NCBI GenBank assembly: GCA_963575745.1
Contig: CAUYUJ010000248.1
Coordinates: 62,001 to 126,000, forward strand
DNA length: 64,000 nt
From: Prorocentrum cordatum
Taxonomy: Eukaryota
Direction of reading: 5' to 3'
Of the stretch, positions 13,301-24,000 are shown piece after piece (within the stretch, counting starts at the first letter, position 1; each line of letters opens with the position of its first letter). A program made the position numbers and the translations under genes. A model generated the notes under the pieces. The model had not been told where the DNA came from. It did no database searches and worked only from the letters and a program-made list of their open reading frames with translations.

Positions 13301-13892
13301 GGCCTGCAGCCGGCCTCGCCCCTCTGCCAGTGGGGCGCCAGGCAGCCACGACTGCCAAGACGCTGGAGCAGATGGCGGAGGCCATGACCGACCTCACGAG
13401 CGGCAACTTCGCCGAGCCGCCCGATCGTCGTCATCGGAAGCGCTCGCCCTCGTCGAGCACTGGCACCACATCTGTCAGCGAGGGCGTCAACGCCAAGCGC
13501 CAGCGGACGCTGCTGGACCGGTCCAAGTCCCGCCTCCGCAAGTACCTCGAGGAGGCCATGGAGGCGCAGAGCGACGGGCTGACGCTGCTGGAGAAGCGGG
13601 CTGTGACAAGGCCCGTGCACACAGAGTACATGCTAGAAGTGAGCAGGTTCAAGCAGTTCGTCGAGTCGAGGGGGGAGGACGTCGACAGCGTCGGGGACGA
13701 CGTGCTGGACGGCCTTTTCGCCGCATACTTCGAGAAGACTTTCTTCGCCGGCGTGGAGGCTTCGAGGGGGGCCAAGACGCTGGCGGGCTGGCTGCACCTC
13801 CGCCCGGTGGCGGGCCCTCCGAGGCTGGTACAAGTTGTGCCCAGGCCGCTCGCGGAGGCCCGAGGCCCTGGGTGTGTGGCTTGGGCTCATGA
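10377..13892 (+). CDS. Pol: reverse transcriptase + RNase H (conserved part ends about 12660; the rest is a low-complexity tail overlapping the YR ORF)
   Basis: RT: FFVWKK..MRMITDARPTN, GDVENCFHR, LPMGCSWS, YVDN, LGVVVD; RNase H: ASDASESGFG, ILEARA, LCDNMGV, RWIPSELNGAADEASR. Confidence 0.92.
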   Translation: MSEEIAEGNGPPIGAQLTWPGAGRLPASRGERHLFPLPRLEEPHTARGGGRLSRGLRGRYLHVRLVNRAIDALNWLAKAAGSPAAGSGGGTDIHSEVTARIDGLVRAQGPVPDAPSPRASYLELLRGRGSYEEPGQPNIAPFQLGLVSLPEGTQDAPRLERFLDAEGLRFLEGRGERMLRSVPDFERLRQSDPARPHLDPAFTKSRRLLVRFMKRLHSSGMLRYTSEPVEFVGAFFVWKKGRQKMRMITDARPTNQRLLPPPRVDLLTAEGLSRLEVAVDGDPCLQMDSSWGILRALRLCLGVGDVENCFHRMVMPPWMSPLFAFPALTVSELRLDSVETVEGRVASGDDVVHPCCRALPMGCSWSLYFCQNANTNLARQCDLLREARLATDRGEPMVFRVGGAREQDLWHYVYVDNLGVLGQDASSVKMALDEKVAAFNKMKLDIHEVEFFERKGSALGVVVDCERLCTSITSKRRCRLERALAYALQRGRLSGQDLECLLGHCTYAGLVRREVLCVFSACYAFVQANYWERQVMWASVREELSCFRGLLVFLSSDWALPWNRCVTASDASESGFGVASTMVDVREVARVGRVAERSRFRLDLELAPRQRAMRHTGFVDDSGSGPWRPSAPEEASDGAWAIDESFEEVPAGWLDQGRWAVCRSGTWGRAEGIAILEARAVLASVRRLAQSRWGHDIGHVHLCDNMGVVLSICRSRSKEFSMLADIRRINAYLLARNIRLIVRWIPSELNGAADEASRAFDDNASCSLAWCIPSHISRPDTQDPKEPHGSHVVSKQTSEPPYHHHEQECERELLGNSQHKVQEDSQHHYVHSVKPHNSSDIDVREHRELHQEHHELHQQPVLSSSQAYIAEQQPSPNIMNYISSQPIPANPEQDSGPSVAPLALSNEARPGRAEEPNPVGPRPCARSAGPWQQRPRAHARGGGFAAVEGARTGSRPEARVPRLGPAAARARLEPPACSRPRPSASGAPGSHDCQDAGADGGGHDRPHERQLRRAARSSSSEALALVEHWHHICQRGRQRQAPADAAGPVQVPPPQVPRGGHGGAERRADAAGEAGCDKARAHRVHARSEQVQAVRRVEGGGRRQRRGRRAGRPFRRILREDFLRRRGGFEGGQDAGGLAAPPPGGGPSEAGTSCAQAARGGPRPWVCGLGS

Positions 13893-14238
13893 ACGCCCTA
13901 GTGACGGCTGGGCGTCGCGACATGGCGCTGTTCGTGCTGATCATGCTGAGCACCTACCTGAGGCCAGGACAGCTGCTGGGCATGCATGGCTCAGGCTTGA
14001 CGCCGCCTACGCTCGGAGTGACGTCCCACTGGTCGCTGCTGGTTCACCCCGAGGAGACGGCGAGCAGAAGCAAGATAGGCGACGCCAATGTATCCATCGT
14101 CCTGGACTCGAGCTGGGCGACGTGGATCGGCCCGGCCATGGAGGAGCTGAAGGAGAGCGCAGGGGAGGGACCTCTGCGGGCTTTCGACTACAGCGACCTG
14201 CTGAAGTGCTTCCGGCGTGCTGCGCAGGAGATCGGGGT
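13093..14238 (+). pseudogene. Tyrosine recombinase, frameshifted near 13800-13835 and C-terminally deleted
   Basis: N-terminal helical region LEKRAV..EY..F..LDGLFAAYF; box I YLRPGQ; catalytic-Lys region RSKIG; HxxR and catalytic Tyr boxes are missing. Confidence 0.8.
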
Positions 14239-14530
14239 ATGTGTGTCAATCGTCATTTCAGATTTCTGTCAATTTGGAGCTCGCTGGCGAAAGCGAACTC
14301 GGTTCCTCGTAGGACATTGCCACCCAGACGAGCTCGCCCGATTAACAAAAACTTGCAACGTGCCTGCAGGAATCTGCAGCCGCACGGGCAGGCCTCACCT
14401 CATCCTTGAAGGGGCATCGCCCGAGGGTGTGAGGTGGACCACCATAGCCCAGACCTATCCACAAGCCTTGAACAGAGCGCTCGCGAAGACCCTTGTGTCT
14501 CAGGCCAGGTCCCTTTTCTTCAATGTGTGA
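14239..14530 (+). pseudogene. C-terminal remnant of a C5-cytosine DNA methyltransferase fused in frame to the truncated YR
   Basis: DFCQFGARWRKRTRF (motif VIII-like), C..GICSRTGRPH..LEG, terminal AQTYPQALNRALA (motif X-like). Confidence 0.65.
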
Positions 14531-14560
14531 GCGAACATCCTGTTTTGGGGATGCCATGGG

Positions 14561-15122
14561 ACCAGAGTGTTTGATTAGACACTTGTAGCACCCGTGCGAG
14601 TCGAGGTCGGTCGGGTTTCATCGCGATGACTTTGCTGTGTTCACGAGAATAGTACAACAGAAAACTCTTTACTGCTTGCGCAGTTCTCCGCCCCCCGCGC
14701 TTAAGACAGCATGGGGGTGCGTGCACATGAATGATGTAAAATAGCGGGCCCTGTCGTGGACCCCAACCCTCTCGGTGCGTGGGCGCGTGGATAATCGCGC
14801 TTCGCCCCGCGGGGGTCTTTGCTCCGTCGTGCTTGCATTGTTTTGAGAAGTCGCACTGCGGTGCCGAACAGCTTCTCTGTAACTGCTCTGTTTTGGCTCC
14901 CGCCGCCAACCCAAGGCCTCTTTTTTCCTTTTCTTGCAATTTTCGAATGCTCGAACTATTTTTCTGGCACCAGAGTGTTTGATTAGACACTTGTAGCACC
15001 CGTCCGATTCGAGGTCGGTCGGGTTTCATCGCGATGACTTTGCTGTGTTCACGAGAATAGTGCAACAGAAAACTCTTTACTGCTTGCGCAGTTATCCGCC
15101 CCCCCGCGCTTAAGACAGCATG
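14561..15122 (+). repeat. 3' terminal complex B1-A2-spacer-B2
   Basis: accagagtgtttgattagacac...ttaagacagcATG occurs twice, flanking A2. Confidence 0.95.
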
Positions 15123-15178
15123 ATGATGATGAGGATGAGGATGAGGATGATGATGATGATGATGACGATGACGATGAC

Positions 15179-15221
<43 letters not shown>

Positions 15222-15311
15222 GTGATGATGATGATGATGGTGGTGGTGGTGATGATGATGAGGCTGATGATGATGATGATGGTGGTGGTGGTGATGATGA
15301 TGATCATGGTC

Positions 15312-15344
<33 letters not shown>

Positions 15345-15453
15345 CTGATGATGACGATGAGAAGAGGGAGGAGGGGGAGGAGGAGGAGGAGGAGAGGAAC
15401 GCGGGGCACCGTCTCTTCAAAACGAGGACCCAACACCACAGGACGGTTGGAAA

Positions 15454-17080
15454 TTAGCCTGGCGAAGGACCCAACCATACGCAGTTGTGAATAATGCTGG
15501 TGTGAGTACCTTCTTCGGTGGATCTCCCGACGGGGCCACCAACCGTTTGAGGGGTGTGCCGAAATGGGTGTGGGGGCGGCATGCGAACGTTGCCACTGGG
15601 GCCTTGGGTGGAGCTCCTTATGGGGCCACGAAACGTGTGAGGGGTGCACCGAAGTTGGTGTGGGGGCGGTATGCGAACGCAGCCACTGGGGCCTTCGGTG
15701 GAGCTCCCTGTGGGGCCACGAAACGTGTGAGGGGTGTGCCGAAATTGGTGTGGGGGCGGCACGCGAACCCTGCCACTGGGGCCTTCGGTGGAGCTCCCTA
15801 TGGTGCCACGAAGCGTGTGAGGGGTGTGCCGAAATGGGTGGTGGGGGCGCATGCGAACCCTGCCACTGGGGCCTTCAGTGGAAATCCCCATGGGGCCACG
15901 AAGCGTGTGAGGGATGTGCCGGAATGGGTGTTGGGGAGGCATACGAACCAGGCCACTGGGGCCTTCGGTGGAGCTCCCTATGGGGCCACGAAGCGTGTGA
16001 GGGGTGCACCGAAGTTGGTGTGGGGGCGGCATGCGAACGCAGCCACTGGGGCCTTCGGTGGAGCTCCCTGTGGGGCCACGAAACGTGTGAGGGCTGTGCC
16101 GAAATGGGTGGTGGGGAGGCATGCGGACCCTGCCACTGGGGCCTTCGGTGGAGCTCCCTATGGGGCCACGAAACGTGAGGGGTGTGCCGAATGGGTGGTG
16201 GGGATGGCCGGGGCCTTCGGTGGATCTCCCGACGGGGCCACCAACCGTTTGAGGGGTGTGCCGAAATGGGTGTGGGGGCGGCATGCGAACGTTGCCACTG
16301 GGGCCTTGGGTGGAGCTCCTTATGGGGCCACGAAACGTGTGAGGGGTGCACCGAAGTTGGTGTGGGGGCGGCATGCGAACGCAGCCACTGGGGCCTTCGG
16401 TGGAGCTCCCTGTGGGGCCACGAAACGTGTGAGGGCTGTGCCGAAATGGTGGTGGGGAGGCATGCGGACCCTGCCACTGGGGCCTTCGGTGGAGCTCCCT
16501 ATGGGGCCACGAAACGTGTGAGGGGTGTGCCGAAATGGGTGGTGGGGAGGCATGCGAACCCTGCCACTGGGGCCTTCGGTGGAGCTCCCTATGGGGCCAC
16601 GAAACGTGTGAGGGGTGTGCCGAAATGGGTGGTGGGGAGGCATGCGGACCCTGCCACTGGGGCCTTCGGTGGAGCTCCCTATGGGGCCACGAAACGTGTG
16701 AGGGGTGTGCCGAAATGGGTGGTGGGGAGGCATGCGACGCAGCCACTGGGGCCTTCGGTGGAGCTCCCTATGGGGCCACGAAACGTGTGAGGGGTGTGCC
16801 GAAATGGGTGGTGGGGAGGCATGCGACCCTGCCACTGGGGCCTTCGGTGGAGCTCCCTATGGGGCCACGAAACGTGTGAGGGGTGTGCCGAAATGGGTGG
16901 TGGGGAGGCATGCGGACCCTGCCACTGGGGCCTTCGGTGGAGCTCCCTATGGGGCCACGAAACGTGTGAGGGGTGTGCCGAAATGGGTGGTGGGGAGGCA
17001 TGCGGACCCTGCCACTGGGGCCTTCGGTGGAGCTCCCTATGGGGCCACGAAGCGTGTGAGGGGTGTGCCGAAATCGGTGG

Positions 17081-17145
<65 letters not shown>

Positions 17146-17176
17146 GTGGTGGGTGTGGTGGTGGTGGTGGTGGTGG

Positions 17177-17229
<53 letters not shown>

Positions 17230-17329
17230 CTGATGGGGGAGAGAGGGGGGGGGAGGAGGAGGAGGTGAGGAACGCGGGGCGCCGTCTCTTCGAAACGAGG
17301 ACCCAACACCACAGGATGGTTGGGAAAAA
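15454..17329 (-). mobile_element. Composite Helentron-like element, copy 5
   Basis: Same termini, 90-bp array 15510-17075, (GAT)n 17080-17235. Confidence 0.65.
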
Positions 17330-18023
17330 GTGTCCCCACCAGCCCATCCAGAAACGATGTCCAGGCAAGTTGAAGAGATCAGGGAAGTGGGGGAGCAACG
17401 AGAGGGACAGTCGATCCGTGCAAAGGATGAGGCGGAAGAGGAGGCCAGATGGATAGATGAGGGGGTGGCGAGGAACCGAGCGAAGGAGGGATGAGGAGAA
17501 TGATGACGCTGGGTGGATGGTTGAATGCCGCTCGGATGCCTCTTGGAAGCCTTTTGGAAGCCTCTTCGGACGTCTTGGGGGTCTCTTGGCGGTCAATGGG
17601 GGCTCTTGGGCGTCTTGGGTGCTTCGGGGGGGCCTCTTGAGGCCGCTTGGGATCCTCTTGGGGGGCTCTTGGGGGCCTGTTGGAGGCCTCTTGGGGGTCT
17701 CTTGGAGCTTCATGGCGGCCTCTTGGAGCCTCTTGGAGGCCTCTTGGAACCATCCTGGGAGCCTCTTGGAGCCTCTTGGGCCTCTTGGGGGCTTCTTGGG
17801 GCCTCATGGCGGCCTCTTGGGGCCTCTTGGGGCCTCTTGGAGGCCTTTTGGAAGCCTCTTGGGGCCTCCTGGGCGCCTCTTGGGGCCATCTTGGAGGAGA
17901 TCGATCAAAGAAGAGGGTGGGGTTAATTTTTTTTTTTTTCACCCCAGATCCAGCGCCGCGGACTCCGCCACGCTGGAGGCCTGCCGCACTGAGCTCAGTG
18001 CGGCCCCGCGAGGCCCGCGGGCC

Positions 18024-21000
18024 TCACCCACCTCTCCTCGTGGGCACCATCTCGGCGGGGAGCGGCCTGCCCGTCTGCGGGTGGCAGCCGCGGAGGATGC
18101 GGTCCCGCCTCTTCCTCCTGGAGTCCGCTCCTCCGTCGGCCCCTCGCCGCGGCAGTGGCCCAGGACAGGCGCGGCCCAAGCTGGCCCGCCTCACCGCCGA
18201 GTGGGCCCCACACACGCGGCAGACGACGTAGGGGCCGACGACCTCCACGACATGCGCCCTCCTGACGTCCTCCTCGGCGCTCGGCGGGCCCTCGAGGACA
18301 GGCACGTCCACCGCCTCCCTGCATCTCCGAGGCGACCTCGACCTCCGAGGTGACCTCCCTGCAGCACTGCCGTCTTCTCCATCATCTCCGCCTGCAGCTG
18401 CCGCCGCCACCGCCACGCCAGCGCAGGCCGCCGCCGCCCCCAAGGCGCCGCCAGCCCCACGCCCTGCAGCCGTGGACGCCTCCTGCCTTGCAGCCCTCTG
18501 CCTCCGCGCGCATGCGGCTCCCACTCTAGCCTCCAGCGAGCCCCACTCCTCGCTGGACTGGTGGCTCACCGCCTGCCAGGGAGGGGGTGCGCACGCGGAG
18601 GCCCACAGCTTCTTCCTCATCCTGGCCGAAGCTGCACGCTTGCCGCACCGCGTGCACACCAGCCAAGCTCCACACACCTCGACCTCGTGCCTCGTGAGGC
18701 TGACGTAGGGCCTCTGCTGCTTCCTCCTTCTGCTCGGCCCCGTCCTGGGCGGCACGTCGGGCCATCCTTCCTTCATCTCCTGGTACCACCAGCCGATGTT
18801 CTGGATGGCCCACTTCACCTTCTCATCCAGGCTCTCCAGGGCCAGCTCCCTGCCGTACCCGAAATCCTCCGCGGCCCCACGCTTGGCCAGGGCGTCCACC
18901 GCCTCATTGCCCCTGGCCACTTGCTGCGCCAAGCCCTCGAGCCTGCTGATGGCCGCTCTGGACCTGTGGGCCTTCACATGCATCACCCACTCTGGCTCGA
19001 GCCCCAAGTCCGCGATCTTGTGCCAGATCCTCCTCCAGACGTCCGCGTGCGGCCTTCCCCAGCTTAAGCACCACCTCGGCCCCCTCCTGATGCCGTCAAG
19101 GATGCCCTGGTGGTCCGTGAAGATCCTGCACGGTGGCAGCACCATCTCCAAAGTCTTCAGGAAAGCCCACATCTCGGCCCTCTTGACCGTCTTCTGCTCC
19201 TTAAATCGGCACGGCAGGGGGCCCCAGAGCTGCACCGTGGGGGCGCCTCCCGCGTCGATGGCCATCGCGGCCCACCCCGCCTGCGCCCAGCAGCTGGTGC
19301 CCAGCTTGGAGCCGTCGCACACGATGTCGCCCGACAGGAGGGCGTCCGTCCCCTGGAGGACGTCGCAGTGGAAGTCCGCCTCGTCGACCGACCTGTGGGC
19401 CCAGTCCGCCGAGGGGTCCCGCGCCAGCCCCCGCGTCCAGAGCAAACTGTCCTCCTGCTGCTCCGCCACGTGCTGCCACTCCGCCTGCGCTCGCCTCCTG
19501 ACCTCGAGCAGCGCGGGGCACCGAAAGAAACGATGATGCGGGGTGCCGACCGCCAGCCCACACCCGATGCAGATGTCGGTCGGCGTGATGCTGACCTCGG
19601 CGAGCCTGCTCATGGTCCAGGCCCCCGCCAGCACCACCTTCCGAGCCGCCCGCTTCGCATGCGCAGGGAAAGCCCGCGCGGCCAGCTGCGCCACCACTGG
19701 CGGGAGCCTCGGGCCTGGGGCTAGGCTCCCCATGCCTGGCTGCTGCGCCGTCCACTGCTCCCACAGCACCCTGCGCAGGTCAGCCCTGAGGAGCGCCCCA
19801 ACGTCAGTGGGGCACACCGCCGTGAGGTCCACCATCTCGCCGTCCTTTGTGCAGTAAACCGTCCACGACGGCCAGGTCCACCTCGCTCTCCTCAATGACA
19901 TGATGACCGCCCCCGCGGGTCCTTTGACCTTGGCCCACTGCGGGCTCATGCCCACCTCCTTCTGCTGCTGCCTCCACGCGTTGCTCATCTGCTCACTCAG
20001 GAGGACAGCCTCACTGCCAACACTCGACCTCCTGCTTATCTTGTCCTCCGCGATGTCCATTTGGCTGCCCGCCACCAGCAGCAGCTCGACCAGGCTCTCA
20101 ATGGTGCTGACACCGAGGTAGCCTTCCTCTTCCTGCATGCCTCCTTCTCTTCCTTCCCAGGGACATTGCGCCCTCCTCGACACCAGCAGCCTCCGCACCA
20201 CCTTCTGCAGCGCGACCTGCTCCTGCCTGTACTGCGAGATGACCTGGGCGCGGCAATCCTCGTCGAGCGCGTCGAGGTAGCGGAAGGCTGCACGCCTTCT
20301 CCAGCACGCCCTCCGCCACGCACGCCGACACACTTCTGCAGCAAGACACTCCGCCTCCTGAGCCTCCTCCTGGGGCAAGCTTCCACCTGTGACCTTGGAA
20401 ACCGCCTCCCTCCTGAGTTCACTGCGGAGGCCTGCCTGCGCTGCCTCCTGCAGGTACTCCGCGACCAGGGGAACACTCCACTGGCTCCAGTCCTCCTGCC
20501 GCTGGTGCTTCTCGCCCCTCAGATCCTTGATCCACAACGCCGTCCAGACACCGAGGGCATCCCTGAGCCTAGCACCCGCCTCAAGCCAGAAGGCCTGCTG
20601 GCGACAGGGTTGCACCTGCCCCTGGCCCCCTGCAACGAGCACTCTCAGGTCTCCTGCCACAGCCTGCTCCCAGACAGCCCTCGCCCACCTGACCACTGGC
20701 GCAAGTGTGGCCTCCTCGGTGGGGTCCTCCTTCAGCACCGCCAACTGCAAGGTGAGGCTCTTGGCTCCTCTCGAACCTGGAAGCAACTGGCCTGCCGCTC
20801 TCCTTACCTGCTGCAGCTGGTGGTCCGGCATGCCCAGGCACTTGCACCCATACATTACCGATCTCTTGAGGCCGCACTTGTACACCAAGCCAATCCCTCT
20901 AGTCACACCTTTGCCTGAGCCTTTCAGCCCCTTTAGCCTGGCGACCCTGTTCCTCATGCGCTTGAACCTCTTGCCACTCTTGTTCTTGGCCGCCGTCCCG

Positions 21001-24000
21001 TGGGCCACCACGTCGACGCCGAGGTAAGGGCAGGCCAGCACCAAAGGCAGCCCTCTCTCTGCCGCATCCTGCTTGAGAGCCTGTCTCAGCCACTTGGTGC
21101 TGGCCATGACCGCCCCCTTGCCCTGGTCGCCCAGGGAGAACTCGAGCCCCAAGGCCGCGAAGCCGTCCACGCTGTCGTCCACCACGGACGGGAAGCTGTC
21201 CACGATCCACTGCTGTGCCCCTCGCTGCTTGAGGCACAAATCGTCAACATACATCCTCCATTGCACCAGCGGGTACTCCACTACCAAACCGTCAATCGTG
21301 TCCTGTATGACCATCTTGAGGAAACCCACCGAGAACTTGCTGCCCGCGATGATCGTAGCCACTGTCCTCGTCTCCTCAGAGATGGCCTCCCCCGTGTTGA
21401 CTCTCCTCGCCATGGCAAAGTAGGAGCACACCACCGCCAGCACCCCCGTATTGAAGCCCATGGCCTTTCCCCGCTCCCACAGCACATGCAAGCTCACCCT
21501 CTCGAAAGCCTTGACCAGGTCGAGGATGGCCGTCACCGTCGCTAGGGTGCGCGGGTCCGAATCCTGCACCTCGTCGCCCTCGTTGGCGAGGAGAACCTCC
21601 CAAGCCGCGTCCTCCGCCGCCTTGCCGAAGGCCGTGCAATCCCAAGAACGCTGGTTCGCCTTGGCCCACTCGATCATGTAGGGCTCCCTCATGATCTCCC
21701 ACACCCTCACCAGGGTCGGGAGGAGGCCGATGGCACGATCAACCGCTACGCTCTTCGGGATCAGGAAGAAAATGACCGTGGCTGCATGCAGCGGCCAGAC
21801 GAGCGTGCGCTCCACCTCCCTCAGGATCTGCAGGAGCGTCCAGTGCGCTGCGTCCGACGCCCCTTGCAGCATGGCGGGGTGCCAGCGGTCCACTCCTTGT
21901 GCTGTCTTTTTCTTGAAGGTGCGCGCCACTTTCTTTAACTTGGCCAAGTCGTCCTCTGTGAACTCTGGCAACTCCTGACGCGGCTCCGTCTCCCACCGCC
22001 GCTCCTGCTCCTGCATCGGGTCGTTCACCTTCCAGACTGCGTTCCACTCCCCCAGGGCCGCTTCCGCTGCCCGCAACGGGTCTGCCGAAGCTTGGGGTGT
22101 ACTCGCTCTCCTCGGCCTCCAAATGTCCACTGGCTTGCTGATTCTGTGGAGTCCGCCCGCTGCTCCTTTCGCAGCCTCCTCCAGCTTCGCAGCCCACTGC
22201 CTCCTTCTTTCATTTATCAGGGCCTGGTCCTCCCGCCTGGACCGCTCCTTGGCCTCCAGGATCATCGCGTCCAGGCTGGCTTTCTGGTCAGCACCTCGCC
22301 AGCGCCCTTTCGCCAGCAGGGTACACCTTTCTTTCCATCGCTCCTTCTCCTCGCCGACCAGCTCACATCTGAACTCGTGGCTCACGCTTCTGAAGCGTTC
22401 CTCCAGATCACTAGCTATCATGCACCACTCCTGGCGCGCACGGGCACTGCCCGAAGACGACCTGAGCCTCTCGTAGTTCCCCGCCAGGGTCTGTAGCGTG
22501 CGCGCGAGCCACCGCCACCACAGAGCGTCTCCTTGCGGGGCTGGGTGGTTGCCGCCTCCTCTGAGGATCGCTCTCTCTTTCCAGCGCGGTGGGTCCGCAC
22601 GCCCTGCACACTCATGCCTGGGGTGCCACTCCAGCCCCCGCAGCGCGAAAGCCTCGCGCTCCAGCTTGCCAATGAAGGAAGCCCAGGTACTGGTCGCCAC
22701 CGTCACGTCGCTGAAAACCCCCACCTCGTCGTATACGGGCGGCTCAGGCGCGCACCCGATGCTGATTCCTTCCAACTTCTTCGGCGTGATGAGAATCCGC
22801 TCCTTCCTCTCCTGCGGCCTCAGGTCGAGCGTGATCCCCACCGGCTTGTGCGGCGCCGAAGGCCAAGACTCGTGGATGGCCACCTTCCTCACTTGGCCTG
22901 CCAACTCCCTCGAGACCACGAAATAGTATATTGTGGAACATCCACTCGCAGACCGACAGGTGCCGCTCGCGGCAGAGGGGGCCACCAGCGTCGCGCCAAT
23001 GAGCTTGATCGAATCCAAACCCGCCAGGACGGCAGGGGCATTCTGGAAGTCCCCGCACAACACCCACGGCATGTTGAGCTCGTGCAGCTTCCCCAACACG
23101 TGGTCCATCAGCCCCCTGTTCCGCCGCGACATCTGCTCGGCCGTCCACAGGTACACCGTCGCCACCACGATGCCGCCTCTACCTACTGCTACCCATGCCG
23201 CTGCAGCTCTTCCTGGGGATCCTCTGGGGGACCAGTCCCAACTGGTCTGCCCACACACGCACGCCATGCCAATCCTGTTCGGCACAGCGATTCCCACTCC
23301 TGCAGAGGTTCCTGGCTCACCCATGGGGCCCAGCGTGGGCACCGCCTCCGCTCCACCAACTTGGTAGCCTCTCTGACGCAAACTGTGGGTAACTCCAGCC
23401 CACTGGTCCTCTTTCAAGCGGTGCTCCTGGAAGGCGTAGAGGTGCTTCTGCGGCCCCACCTTCTTCTCCAGGAGCTTCTCTCTGATGGTTCCCCATCCCG
23501 AGCCGTTGAAAGTCCACACCATGACCACCTGCTTGTCGTCATTCGCCTTGTCAACCAGGAGCCTCATCATGCGGTGGTCGTGCAGGACCCTCGCGTATCC
23601 TCGCCACTGGCCTGAGTCTGCCCCCTGACTCCTCGCCGTCGCCGCAGGCTCAAGGCCGCGCAACGGCCCCGCGGGCGTGGACCTGGCCACACTTCCCGCC
23701 CTCAAAACGCCGTGCTCACTCCTCGCCAATGCCGCAGGCCGTGGGCCGCGCACAGGCCCCGCGGGCGTGGACTTGGCCACACTTCCCGCCCTCTGACTGG
23801 CTCCCGCTGCTCCGCGCCCGCCACGCTCATCATCCATCTGCACTTCGTCACGTCGGTGCCCTTCACTCTCGCTCTCCCCGAACTCCGCCTCCCACCCCTC
23901 AGGGTTCCAGCGGCTGTCGTCCCAAGGGAGGGTCTTCCCGCTCTGGCGCAACTGCACCTGCACCGCGCCTCTCCACGGCGACTCGGGGTAGCCGAGGTGG

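Larger units (their letters stand above)
8243..15122 (+). mobile_element. Tyrosine-recombinase retrotransposon (DIRS order, Ngaro/PAT-type split direct repeats) with a DNMT remnant
   Basis: A1 8243-8430 = A2 14711-14898; B1 14561-14713 = B2 14969-15122; gag-like, RT/RNase H and YR ORFs lie between. Confidence 0.92.
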
